Origin: a virus
Taxonomy: Duplodnaviria; Caudoviricetes
Reading direction: 5' to 3' (one strand)
DNA length: 48,965 nucleotides
Virus record (IMG/VR): IMGVR_UViG_3300016469_000027
Coordinates: 1-48,965 of that record
Part shown: positions 9,516 to 18,252 of the stretch, one piece after another
Numbering within the stretch: position 1 is the stretch's first letter
Layout of the letters: every line of letters begins with the position of its first letter
Notes under the pieces: generated by a model
The model's database searches: none
Seen by the model: the letters and a program-made list of their open reading frames with translations, nothing else
What the model was told of the DNA's origin: nothing
Position numbers and translations under genes: made by a program

Positions 9516-9845
9516 TCACAGAAGTAGATAATCGCCGCCAGAAAAGGTAGCCGCAAGTATGTTTTCTACCGTTACGCGAAGTTCAGCGCGACTATTTGGA
9601 GGAAATGGAATAGCCAGAGTACCGGACTGCGCCCGTTCAATGGTCATAGTGTCATCAGTACGGGCAGTAACTTTGACAATCTCATAGTTGTTGTTGACAT
9701 CGACCAGGGTGAGTTGAAAGTTTTCGCCTGTACCAAGCGTGGGGAACTTAGCTCCATCACCGGTCGTCACTACAAGAGTTGTAGCCGTGCTAGAAACTCC
9801 AGCAGGGAGCAAGGAAAAGGCATTGTTTTTGAGTTGTACCGCCAT
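9516..9845 (-). CDS. Stand-alone homologue of the tailspike N-terminal anchor domain
   Basis: Likely start ATG 9845 (MAVQLKNN). Shares KNN..., FPTL..G, EIVKVTAR..D.MTI.RAQ and SR.E.R.T with the N-terminus of 7596..9506. Confidence 0.75.
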   Translation of the reverse strand: MAVQLKNNAFSLLPAGVSSTATTLVVTTGDGAKFPTLGTGENFQLTLVDVNNNYEIVKVTARTDDTMTIERAQSGTLAIPFPPNSRAELRVTVENILAATFSGGDYLLL

Positions 9846-9846
9846 A

Positions 9847-10626
9847 TCACACTCCAAACGGTTGCATCCGTACCCTCATCATCCCACGAACATTACCTAG
9901 ATTGGCTCGTGCGCGACGCTCCGCAGTCTGAAATGAATACTGTTTGGCATGATACGAGGCAAGTTCTCGATCAGCCCAGGCTTGGTTTGGTAACACTAGA
10001 AGATGTTGTAGCGCCCCATGCATGATGGCTTCTTCGAGGTCGTCAAAAACCACCTCGTCCATCCCGGTTGCCGTTTTCTTGGGCTTGAGCGCCAAAAACA
10101 TTCGACACTGATAGGTCGTCTGTGCGTCAGGTAGAGGTAGGATGATGTACTTGTCAGGGCTGATCTGGGTAATGGACTGCGGAGTCGACGCATCAGCTAC
10201 GATGGCCGGAGGCAGAACATAGGAACTGCCCTGATTGAACTGCGCACCGTTGTACTGCGGCGTATTGAACGTCGAAAGCGGAGGAGTCAAACTCCACACA
10301 ACAGAGGGATCCTGCCCGCTGTACAGATCAGCCCACTGCGGGTACAACTCGATGGCTTTCTCCATCGTCAACCGCTCCAGAGGGCGGTCATTGACCACCG
10401 CCTCAAACATCACGTGGACATCAGCGTTGGTGGGGCGGTTGTATGCGTACTCATGTACCCCCGGCAGTAAATTGAACAACGGTACCTGATACCGCCATGC
10501 CAGCGTTCGCTCACAAGTGCGGATAGCCGAGTTCCTGATGTACTCCAGGATCATCGGATACGGACAGCCTGGGACGCTCGGATTCACCCGAGACACAAGC
10601 GAGGCAAACGCACGATCAGCCATCAA
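9847..10626 (-). CDS. Head-tail adaptor / tail tubular A-like protein
   Basis: 259 aa; PSVPGCP, CERTLAWR, AIMHGALQHLLVLPNQAWAD. Follows the adaptor paralogues. Confidence 0.6.
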   Translation of the reverse strand: MMADRAFASLVSRVNPSVPGCPYPMILEYIRNSAIRTCERTLAWRYQVPLFNLLPGVHEYAYNRPTNADVHVMFEAVVNDRPLERLTMEKAIELYPQWADLYSGQDPSVVWSLTPPLSTFNTPQYNGAQFNQGSSYVLPPAIVADASTPQSITQISPDKYIILPLPDAQTTYQCRMFLALKPKKTATGMDEVVFDDLEEAIMHGALQHLLVLPNQAWADRELASYHAKQYSFQTAERRARANLGNVRGMMRVRMQPFGV

Positions 10627-11276
10627 ATCACCTGCTTCTCGTCAAGGCCGCTGGGCTTGGTGTCAGTGACAACCCGCGACTGCAAATTCGCCCCAAGTAC
10701 CTGGGTGTACATATCCTGGAACTGCCGGAATCGGTTGGGGTCAATCGTCGGATTCTCGACTCCAGCTACTAGCATCACTACCCCGGCAACGATAGCGGGC
10801 TGAAATGAGTCCGGCAACAGTGCAATGGACTGGGACGCGGTGTATACCGGAGGCGACTGCGCGTACTCACCAGACAGTACAACTCCAACCGATGGCTTGG
10901 GGTACAGGAAGTACTTGTTGGGGTTGCGGATGTGCCGCATGTAATTGACCGGCAGTCCTGCGGCGTCAGCCCGCCACTGCGGGTAGGACTGGTCCATTGC
11001 CTCACGCGATACTTCAGTAATCGCGTTGCCGTTCTTGACAGCGAAGATGTTGACCAGTCGGATCGAATCCGCAGGCATGGACTGTTCGACAACACCAGCC
11101 GTAGTGCTGATGTCGGTCATCAACGTGAACAGGTCGGGTCGCAACAACGCCGTTTGCCGCAGCACTTGATTAACGAAACTCAGGAGCGCCGCAGCACTGT
11201 ATGTATCAGATGTGCGCAGCAACCCGTTGTCCTGGGCCAATCTGCGGGCATCCGCGATGATGTCGTTGGGCGTCAC
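10623..11276 (-). CDS. Adaptor/neck-ring protein, paralogue 3
   Basis: MTPN start, RPDLF, YMRHIRNPNKYFLYPKP, LPD. Colinear with the two upstream ORFs. Confidence 0.65.
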   Translation of the reverse strand: MTPNDIIADARRLAQDNGLLRTSDTYSAAALLSFVNQVLRQTALLRPDLFTLMTDISTTAGVVEQSMPADSIRLVNIFAVKNGNAITEVSREAMDQSYPQWRADAAGLPVNYMRHIRNPNKYFLYPKPSVGVVLSGEYAQSPPVYTASQSIALLPDSFQPAIVAGVVMLVAGVENPTIDPNRFRQFQDMYTQVLGANLQSRVVTDTKPSGLDEKQVI

Positions 11277-11944
11277 TGCGTGCCTCCTCGGGCTGCACCA
11301 ACAGCACCGTCTTCCATGTCGGTGAGCGCCCGCGCCTGCAAGGATACACCCAATGACTGTGAGAACGAATCGAGGAACATCTTGGCACGTGCCATACCGA
11401 CCTGTGAAGCGTTGTCGGCATTGTCCACAGACAGCACGTTGTAGACCGTACCATCCACGACTGCGGGGAGGTAATCGTCCGGCAGCCCAGTGATGGTGTC
11501 GTTCAAGGCGTACGTCGGCTGGATCTTGACGTATTCAGCCACAAGCTGGATGCCTGATGCAGGACGAGGGTACAAGAAGTACTTGTTGGGGTTGCGGGCG
11601 TGGCGCATGTACTTCACAGGCGTACCCGCTGGCTCGATTGCCCAGTTGATGTTGGTCCGGTCGAACTGATCACGATCAACTTCTTCCAGCGTGTTTGCGT
11701 TGACGACTTGAAAGATCTCAACGAGCCGGAAGGAGTCAGACGGCATCGTCTGGATCACGACGTTGGGTGTCGTGCTGATGTTGGCGACGATGGTGAACAG
11801 GTCAGGACGCAGCATCACCATCCGCTTGATGGTGTTGTTGACCAGGATGAGTAGGGTAGCGGCGCTGTATGCGTCCGGCGTCCGAAGAAACGCGGAGTCC
11901 TGCAAGACACGGCGTACGCTATCGATGACATTGTTCGGTGTCAC
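11273..11944 (-). CDS. Adaptor/neck-ring protein, paralogue 2
   Basis: MTPN start, RPDLF, RLVEIF, EEVDRD, YMRHARNPNKYFLYPRP. Confidence 0.65.
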   Translation of the reverse strand: MTPNNVIDSVRRVLQDSAFLRTPDAYSAATLLILVNNTIKRMVMLRPDLFTIVANISTTPNVVIQTMPSDSFRLVEIFQVVNANTLEEVDRDQFDRTNINWAIEPAGTPVKYMRHARNPNKYFLYPRPASGIQLVAEYVKIQPTYALNDTITGLPDDYLPAVVDGTVYNVLSVDNADNASQVGMARAKMFLDSFSQSLGVSLQARALTDMEDGAVGAARGGTQ

Positions 11945-12591
11945 TGAGCACTCCTTTGCGCAGCACCCACGCCACCACTCTCCATGTCTGTCACCGACCT
12001 CGATTGCAGATCGACCCCCAGTGACTGCACGAACGAATCAAGGTACATCTTGGCGCGACCAGAGCTTACATGCTCATTGTCGATAGACTCCGCAAGATAC
12101 ACCGTACCATCAACCAAGGCACTGAAGTACGCATCGGGCAACACCGCAATCGTCTGAGCACCCGTATAGGTCGGCGGCGTTACGACGTACTCACCAACCA
12201 ACTGGATACCAGCAGTTGGGCGCGGGTATAAAAAGTACGCTCGTGGATTGCGCGGGTGCCGCATGTACTTGGTTGGAGTACCGGAAGGATCCGTCGTCCA
12301 CTGCGAGTAGGCCCGATTAAACACATCCCGGTCAACCTCCTCAATGGAAGCGCCGTCTTTGACACGGAAAATCTCAACGAGTCGCACAGCCGTAGACGGG
12401 AGCGTCTGTTCCGCTGTATCCGCGACTACGTTGATATCCGTGACGGTCGTAAACAAGTCCGGACGAAACATCACCATGCGGCGGATCGTGTGGTTGACGA
12501 ACCCCAGCAGTACCGTATCGGAGTAGCGGTACGGTAGCTTCGTGTCCTGCACCAGGATACGAGCTTCGGCGATGACTTCGTTCGGAGTCAT
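11941..12591 (-). CDS. Adaptor/neck-ring protein, paralogue 1
   Basis: MTPN start, RPDLF, RLVEIF, EEVDRD, YMRHPRNPRAYFLYPRP. Confidence 0.65.
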   Translation of the reverse strand: MTPNEVIAEARILVQDTKLPYRYSDTVLLGFVNHTIRRMVMFRPDLFTTVTDINVVADTAEQTLPSTAVRLVEIFRVKDGASIEEVDRDVFNRAYSQWTTDPSGTPTKYMRHPRNPRAYFLYPRPTAGIQLVGEYVVTPPTYTGAQTIAVLPDAYFSALVDGTVYLAESIDNEHVSSGRAKMYLDSFVQSLGVDLQSRSVTDMESGGVGAAQRSAQ

Positions 12592-12887
12592 TACGGCAGA
12601 CCTCGACTGGCGTCAGCGGCCAGTTCCACGGGAGTATACGGCGGAGGCTCGGGGATGTCAGTAGTTGAAAGATCCAACGCTGCCTTGCGTTTGGGGCGTC
12701 CAGGCTTAGCTTTCGCCGGTTGAACTCCAGGCTCGGGCTCTGATACAACCTCAACATGCGCCGGGATGAACCGCTCAGGGTACGCGATCTCTTCCGGAAT
12801 CACCTCACATGCTGGGTTCGCCGCCATGATGGGGTTGTAGTCATAGATGAACCCATCCTTTCTGACACGGATGTACATCTTGCTCAT
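12591..12887 (-). CDS. Hypothetical protein
   Basis: 98 aa, coupled to both neighbours. Confidence 0.7.
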   Translation of the reverse strand: MSKMYIRVRKDGFIYDYNPIMAANPACEVIPEEIAYPERFIPAHVEVVSEPEPGVQPAKAKPGRPKRKAALDLSTTDIPEPPPYTPVELAADASRGLP

Positions 12888-13066
12888 TTGCCGAGCTTCC
12901 TCAGTGTTTGGGCCAGTCGCGCACGTTGACCCATTTTCCCCGGCTTTTTGGCTGCCGCAGCCAGTTTCGCGGCGGGGATCGTCTCCCCCTTCTTGACGCC
13001 CATCGACTCACGTAGAGCACCGGGCTTCTTGATCGCCTTCTGAATCCATTTCTCAGCCATGATCAA
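12884..13066 (-). CDS. Small basic phage protein
   Basis: MAEKWIQKAIKKPGALR...RARLAQTLRKL; Lys-rich, coupled. Confidence 0.75.
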   Translation of the reverse strand: MIMAEKWIQKAIKKPGALRESMGVKKGETIPAAKLAAAAKKPGKMGQRARLAQTLRKLGK

Positions 13067-13296
13067 CCCTTTCGCTTTCCTGACGGGGACACAGGCCAGG
13101 ACTGCCTAGCAGGTCCAGTCTTTTTCGCAGACATCGCCTTACGCTCAGCACTGCTAAGCTTTTGGGCTGCGGCAGCAGGTCGGCAAGCAGGGTACGCACG
13201 GGAAGACTTCTCAGAGCCGGAACGACCGCACTCCTTGCCGGTCTTCACATCGACCCACTTCTCTCCGAACCACTTGCCGAGACCACCCTTAGCCAC
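13063..13296 (-). CDS. Small basic phage protein
   Basis: GTG start; MAKGGLGKWFGEKWVDVKTGKECGRS...YPACRP. Confidence 0.75.
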   Translation of the reverse strand: MAKGGLGKWFGEKWVDVKTGKECGRSGSEKSSRAYPACRPAAAAQKLSSAERKAMSAKKTGPARQSWPVSPSGKRKG

Positions 13297-13462
13297 GCTT
13301 TTTCACCCGGTTGTCAGCGCCAGACCACGTGCCACCGCGCTTCTTGTACTCCTTGGCGGCCCAGGCATTGGCGTAGGCCGACGGGTACACGTCGAACTTG
13401 GCCTTGGCTGCGGACTTCACACGACTCCACAGCGCGGGGTTGTTGGGTTTGGATTCAGCCAT
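13289..13462 (-). CDS. Small basic phage protein (DUF5872-like, 57 aa)
   Basis: Read by hand: MAESKPNNPALWSRVKSAAKAKFDVYPSAYANAWAAKEYKKRGGTWSGADNRVKKRG. Fills the gap between ORFs. Confidence 0.75.
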   Translation of the reverse strand: MAESKPNNPALWSRVKSAAKAKFDVYPSAYANAWAAKEYKKRGGTWSGADNRVKKRG

Positions 13463-13463
13463 G

Positions 13464-13718
13464 TCAGCAGTTCCACGCCCGCAGGCTCTTGTTGATACGA
13501 CTGTTCGGATCGTTGGCTGTCTTCTCAGAAGTCAACTTCTTCTTCATCCCTTTCATCCGGGCACAGAAGGAATCCCGTCTTGGACCGCCCTCAGGCTGTG
13601 GGGGCTTCAGCCCCGGCTTGCCTGGATTAGCACGGTTGTAAGACGCCCGCCCAGCGGCGTTCAGGCCCCCCTTGGGGTCTTTGCCTTCCTTGCGTTGCCA
13701 TGCGGGTGTCTTAGCCAT
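13464..13718 (-). CDS. Small basic phage protein (DUF6321-like)
   Basis: AWQRKEGKDPKGGLNAAGRASYN...RRDSFCARMKG...SRINKSLRAWNC. Confidence 0.75.
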   Translation of the reverse strand: MAKTPAWQRKEGKDPKGGLNAAGRASYNRANPGKPGLKPPQPEGGPRRDSFCARMKGMKKKLTSEKTANDPNSRINKSLRAWNC

Positions 13719-14824
13719 TACGCGATCCTTTCTGCGGAAACGATTGCCGAAGGGATAGCCGGAACTGCGGGCGGACCAGCCACTGCTGCCGTGTGATCAA
13801 GTGTCACAGCGACGTTCTCAGGAAGCCACAAAACCTGAACGTATTGTCCTGCCGTTACCGTGATATAGAACACGATCTGAAAGAATGCACTGCCGCCATC
13901 ACCGACCTTGGGCACCGATATTCTCGTAGCAGAACGAACGACATTGACTCCATCAAGTGCAAACCAAATTGTCACGTCGTGATCAGCAGCATCCGAGTTG
14001 GTAAACTGAAGGTTCGGCATCACGGCGTAAGTCCCCGCCGCAGCAAACGTCAAGCGCGTGAAATTTGAGCCGTCTGTCACCATCGTGATGCCAGCGCCTG
14101 CCACCTCAGTCGTGCCGAACTTCACAGCCGTGGCAGCCGTTGTGCTACCTGTCTGATCGGTGATGTCTGAGAACGCAGCGTAGGCACGACCTTGGAGGAC
14201 ACTATACGGTACCTTGCCGCTGAGCACGTCAATATTCGCAATGTTCACCTCACCCGTGCCCTTGGGTGTGATGTTGATGTCGATATTGGTATCAGTACCA
14301 TCAGCCGCCAATGTGTTGCCGCTAAGATTACACCCCGCTGAAACTGCGCTCGTTGCCAACGTCGTGGATTCAACAAGTGTCAACCCCGTGAAGGATCCTG
14401 AGAGCGTCACGCCAGAGATGGCCCCACCCGTGATGCTGACACTGTTGGAGTTCTGAGTAGCCATCGTACCAAGACCGAGGTTAGTACGGGCATTCGCAGC
14501 AGTCGAAGCCCCAGTACCCCCATCCGCAACGGCAAGGTCAGTAATACCAGTGATGGTGCCGCCCGTGATGGCGACCTTGGTCGCAGAGACTGAACCAGTG
14601 CCGTTAGGCGCAAGAACAATATTGCCGTTGGTATTAGTGCTAGAAAGCGTATTTCCTGTCAGACTAAGGTTACCTACACTGGCGGAGACAGTGCCAACCT
14701 TGAGTGCCGTGGCAACACCTGTGCCGCTATAGACGATCTTCTCGGATGCGGTCGGACCGTCGTCAACATGCAGTAGTTGATCGTAGGTGCTGGCAATCGT
14801 ACTGCCGGTCAAGTTGGTTGGCAT
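13718..14824 (-). CDS. Fibre-like structural protein
   Basis: Thr/Gly/Ser-rich; DLAVADGGTGASTAANARTNLGLG and DINITPKGTGEV fibre motifs; C-terminal beta-sandwich. Confidence 0.7.
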   Translation of the reverse strand: MPTNLTGSTIASTYDQLLHVDDGPTASEKIVYSGTGVATALKVGTVSASVGNLSLTGNTLSSTNTNGNIVLAPNGTGSVSATKVAITGGTITGITDLAVADGGTGASTAANARTNLGLGTMATQNSNSVSITGGAISGVTLSGSFTGLTLVESTTLATSAVSAGCNLSGNTLAADGTDTNIDINITPKGTGEVNIANIDVLSGKVPYSVLQGRAYAAFSDITDQTGSTTAATAVKFGTTEVAGAGITMVTDGSNFTRLTFAAAGTYAVMPNLQFTNSDAADHDVTIWFALDGVNVVRSATRISVPKVGDGGSAFFQIVFYITVTAGQYVQVLWLPENVAVTLDHTAAVAGPPAVPAIPSAIVSAERIA

Positions 14825-14833
14825 CGCCGACTC

Positions 14834-15184
14834 CTATTTCTTCGCTTCATGCTTAATATGTTCCCAGGCTGCAATAGCGAGAAAAACAACGATAGCCCAC
14901 AACCCCGCACTTGCAAGTTTGGAGAAAGCGTCGGATTTTGTTTTGTCCCACCAACCAGCTTTGGCAATGGCTTTCTCGTGCGCAATCCTATGACCGTGGG
15001 GATCCCCCCCAGGGAAAGCCTCGGAAAACGTCTTCTGAAGCAACGCGAACTGCTTGTCCATGTGTGTAGTCAGATGCTGTTCATGCTGCGTGAGAGCCTT
15101 TGATACCGCTTCTTGGATCATCAGGGCTACCTTGTCCTCTGTCAGGGCGGCTTGGCGGCGCTCGGGGCCGATATAGTCCGTCAT
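14834..15184 (-). CDS. Hypothetical membrane protein (one C-terminal TM; possible lysis accessory)
   Basis: 116 aa; GLWAIVVFLAIAAW followed by a basic tail. Confidence 0.65.
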   Translation of the reverse strand: MTDYIGPERRQAALTEDKVALMIQEAVSKALTQHEQHLTTHMDKQFALLQKTFSEAFPGGDPHGHRIAHEKAIAKAGWWDKTKSDAFSKLASAGLWAIVVFLAIAAWEHIKHEAKK

Positions 15185-15209
15185 TCTTAGCCTCGCACGT
15201 CTTAGCTAC

Positions 15210-16151
15210 TCACGACGGAGTGACAAACGCAGACCCATCAGCAACATACCAAGGATCAACGGCAGCAGATCCGTCTGCAATCATCAATCGCTTATTGGTT
15301 GTGTCATATATAACCTTCCCAAGAACTTTATTTGTGGTATTGATGGCGTTAGCAATTGCCGCAATATCAGCAGCCGCAACGGTTTGCAGAACAAGTCCGC
15401 TCGATAGTGTTTGTTGCGCAGTAAAAGTTTGGGCTGTATCTATTTTTGCGGTATCAGCGTCGTAGCCCTGAACACTGGTTCCAATATTTGACGCTAACAA
15501 AACATTACTACCTTCAACAGCAATAACTCCTGCGGATGCTCTTGTAATAGTAGTATCAGTTGCAGCACCTAGTTCAATCGCAGTAAATCGCGGAGAATCC
15601 CCGGTACCAAGACCGAGACTAGTACGAGCAGTTGCGCCAGATTCCGCAACCCAGTTTGTACCGTCACCAACAATAATGTTTCCGTCTGTTTTTGAAAGCC
15701 CAGATATGTCAGTTAGCGCAGAATTAGCTGCCTGTTTCTCAGTGTCAAGTTCATTTATCGCGTCCTGCACTGTAGTCGCTAAAATATTACCTGCGGGATC
15801 ATTACCAATTAAAGCCGCGCCACTGGCAGCAGCTAAATCGCTGACAATTTCGTTAATCGCGCCCTGAACAGTTACAGAAGAAATTATTCCTGAAGGGCTA
15901 TTACCAATTAGTGCAGCGCCGCCTGAAGCTGCGAGATCCGAAGCAATCTCAGCAATCGCGGTTGGTACAGTCGTAGCTGAAATAAACCCAGCAGGCGTAT
16001 ACGGCAGATCTCCCACGAGCCCCGTGGCAAGTTGAGAACGCACGATGCGCTTAGTCACGTTTGCGTCCGTATCGAAGATCACCAACTGATCACCACTGGC
16101 AGTGTTTGCACCAGTGATTGCATCAAGTTGCGGAATCCGCTTCGCCGTCAT
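15210..16151 (-). CDS. Fibre-like structural protein
   Basis: Internal repeats (SDLAASGGAALIGN...TVQ.AINE), DGNIIVGDGTNWVAESGATARTSLGLG. Confidence 0.7.
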   Translation of the reverse strand: MTAKRIPQLDAITGANTASGDQLVIFDTDANVTKRIVRSQLATGLVGDLPYTPAGFISATTVPTAIAEIASDLAASGGAALIGNSPSGIISSVTVQGAINEIVSDLAAASGAALIGNDPAGNILATTVQDAINELDTEKQAANSALTDISGLSKTDGNIIVGDGTNWVAESGATARTSLGLGTGDSPRFTAIELGAATDTTITRASAGVIAVEGSNVLLASNIGTSVQGYDADTAKIDTAQTFTAQQTLSSGLVLQTVAAADIAAIANAINTTNKVLGKVIYDTTNKRLMIADGSAAVDPWYVADGSAFVTPS

Positions 16152-16165
16152 TTCTCTCTCCTGTG

Positions 16166-16189
16166 AACAGGGGGCCGAAGCCCCCTGTT
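16166..16189 (-). terminator. cUUCGg hairpin, copy 1 (weak terminator or mRNA stabiliser)
   Basis: Minus strand AACAGGGGGC-TTCG-GCCCCCTGTT directly after the stop of 16191..16757. No real U tract. Confidence 0.6.
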
Positions 16190-16190
16190 A

Positions 16191-16757
16191 TCACACCGTC
16201 GCGCTGAACGGAGTGACCTCAACACCTGTTGCAATGATGTTGCCATGCACCGCATACAGGTTTGCCGCAACGTCGATCAACGTGAGGATACCTCCAGCGA
16301 GACCGCCAGAAGTAGTGCCATTCATCGTGATCGTATCGCTCGTCGTCGTAGTACTGAACTCAGTCCCAGTACCTGCGGCTTGGTCAGTAACGTAGATCGA
16401 GCCTGACATCACATCGGTGTTGTCGGCCACCTTGATGATGTTGTTGTTACTCGTTACAGCAGTCCCAGTCGTGAAGCGGAACACCGCACCCGAACCAGTA
16501 GCCGCAGGCAACGTCGCCGTCACCCCAGCCGCTCGATTGAGCACAATGATCTTGTCACTGTGGGCTGCTGTCGTCACAGCAAGCGTAGCATCGGCTGCCG
16601 AAACCAACCGCGTCGACACGTCCGCAGCAGCATTGATCTCAGCAGCCGTAGCTGCCAAAACCGTGCCGCCAATGGACGGTGTAACTAGGTTGAGATTGTA
16701 GGCGGTCCCACCCTGAAGGGTGGGGTTGTCTTGGGTTACCCCGCGATAGACACCCAT
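16191..16757 (-). CDS. Virion structural protein
   Basis: 188 aa Thr/Ala-rich, SD AAAGGAG; part of the capsid operon. Confidence 0.7.
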   Translation of the reverse strand: MGVYRGVTQDNPTLQGGTAYNLNLVTPSIGGTVLAATAAEINAAADVSTRLVSAADATLAVTTAAHSDKIIVLNRAAGVTATLPAATGSGAVFRFTTGTAVTSNNNIIKVADNTDVMSGSIYVTDQAAGTGTEFSTTTTSDTITMNGTTSGGLAGGILTLIDVAANLYAVHGNIIATGVEVTPFSATV

Positions 16758-16776
16758 GATGAACTCCTTTCATAGA

Positions 16777-16794
16777 CAGGGGCCGAAGCCCCTG
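16777..16794 (-). terminator. cUUCGg hairpin, copy 2
   Basis: Minus strand CAGGGGC-TTCG-GCCCCTG after the decoration gene. Confidence 0.55.
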
Positions 16795-16799
16795 CCAAG

Positions 16800-17261
16800 T
16801 TACGCCACGTAGTTCGCCGACACATTCGCCACGATAGCGAAGACGTTCACCACACAGTTCGTCGGCACTGCGGTGTTCAACAGCAGGTCGATGGTGTCTG
16901 CCGAGCCGTAGACCACGGGGTTGGCAAGGTTGGTGATGCCGTAGGCAAGCGCGTTGTTCGCCAGAGCGTTCGTGTACAGGTTGGTCGTACCACCCGTCGT
17001 ACCGAGACTGAACGTCCCGGTCGTGTTGGTCGATTCGACCTTGGTCACTTGGCATCCAGCGGACAGAACCACGGATCCAGCCGGAAGTTTGATGACTTCC
17101 ATCGAATCGCCCGCGACCAGTGCGGTAGCCCCAGCAGCAGAACGCGCCGCGACAATCGCCGCGAAATCAAGTTTGACCTCGAACTTCGAGATCGCGGTGA
17201 CTTCAGCCGGGAACGCAGCGGTGCCCTGATTGAAGCCGAGGGAGTCGGTATATGCAGCCAT
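16800..17261 (-). CDS. Putative capsid decoration/cement protein
   Basis: Start ATG 17261 with SD AAAGGA. Directly follows the MCP; beta-rich (GDSMEVIKLPAGSVVL). Confidence 0.6.
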   Translation of the reverse strand: MAAYTDSLGFNQGTAAFPAEVTAISKFEVKLDFAAIVAARSAAGATALVAGDSMEVIKLPAGSVVLSAGCQVTKVESTNTTGTFSLGTTGGTTNLYTNALANNALAYGITNLANPVVYGSADTIDLLLNTAVPTNCVVNVFAIVANVSANYVA

Positions 17262-17293
17262 TTCAGTTTTCCTTTCAAAGTATTCGAGCAACA

Positions 17294-17307
17294 GGGGCCG
17301 AAGCCCC
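17294..17307 (-). terminator. cUUCGg hairpin, copy 3
   Basis: Minus strand GGGGC-TTCG-GCCCC just after the MCP stop. Confidence 0.55.
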
Positions 17308-17312
17308 CGTCA

Positions 17313-18236
17313 TCAGAACTGGATCACAGCGGTCGACAGAGCTTCCGGCTTCACCACCTTGTACCCGTAGACCTGGAGGCCACGGATGATGTTGCCGAAG
17401 GTCGACTCACTACGGATGGTTTCCATGTTCGTCATCTGCGATGCGAACGTGAAGCCCATCTTGTGACCGGCGATGATGTTGTACTTGCTCGAAGACACAT
17501 ACAGGTTGTGCGACACGTAGACCGTGAAGCGGTCGATCATGCCCAGGCGACCGTTGCGGACGATGGAGGTGTTATCGCCAGTCAGCGAAGCATCCTTCAG
17601 TTCCGACTTCTTGATCAGACCAGCCATCTTGGCCGGGATGACCACGTAACGGTCCATCTCGGGGCAGTTCGCCTCGTCCAGCACGGTGCCCATGTCGACC
17701 AGCAGGTCAACGACAGACGTGGTGCTCGAAGCGCCATCCTTGGTCACGGTCAGCGGCGAAGCATTGGTGCCCAGGTTGAACGACGCAGAGATGGCACCAG
17801 CCGTGGCACCCTTGTTCTGAGCCGAGATGTCGGTCAGCATGTCGGTCAGGACACGCTCGTCGATCTTGATCTTCATACGCTCGGAAGCGTCCTTCGACCA
17901 AGTATCCATCAGGTTGATGTCCGACTGAACCTTGTCCACATCGTCCTCAACGCAGGCAAAGTACTCGCCCTTGTCGATGACCAGTTGCAGCTTCGGCTTG
18001 TCGGGGTTCTCAACCGTCAGGGTCTGACCCTTGACGTACGAGCGGATGGTGATCTCCGGCGTGGTGCGGATGTTCACCGTGTCACCGAACTGACGAATCT
18101 CGCCTTCGTAGTCGGTGTTGCTGATGGCAGCCAGAACGGTTGCATCGTAGAAATTCTCGATGAGCTTACCGCTCCAGATCTCCGGGATGAAGTTGCCGCT
18201 ATAGTTCGGGCGGCCCGGTGCGACGGGATAAGACAT
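17313..18236 (-). CDS. Major capsid protein
   Basis: 307 aa; FIPEIWSGKL, NTDYEGEI..GDTVNI, NGRLGMIDRF, RGLQVYGYKVVKPEAL. Follows the scaffold; SD AAGGAG. Confidence 0.9.
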   Translation of the reverse strand: MSYPVAPGRPNYSGNFIPEIWSGKLIENFYDATVLAAISNTDYEGEIRQFGDTVNIRTTPEITIRSYVKGQTLTVENPDKPKLQLVIDKGEYFACVEDDVDKVQSDINLMDTWSKDASERMKIKIDERVLTDMLTDISAQNKGATAGAISASFNLGTNASPLTVTKDGASSTTSVVDLLVDMGTVLDEANCPEMDRYVVIPAKMAGLIKKSELKDASLTGDNTSIVRNGRLGMIDRFTVYVSHNLYVSSSKYNIIAGHKMGFTFASQMTNMETIRSESTFGNIIRGLQVYGYKVVKPEALSTAVIQF

Positions 18237-18252
18237 GATGTAACTCCTTCAA

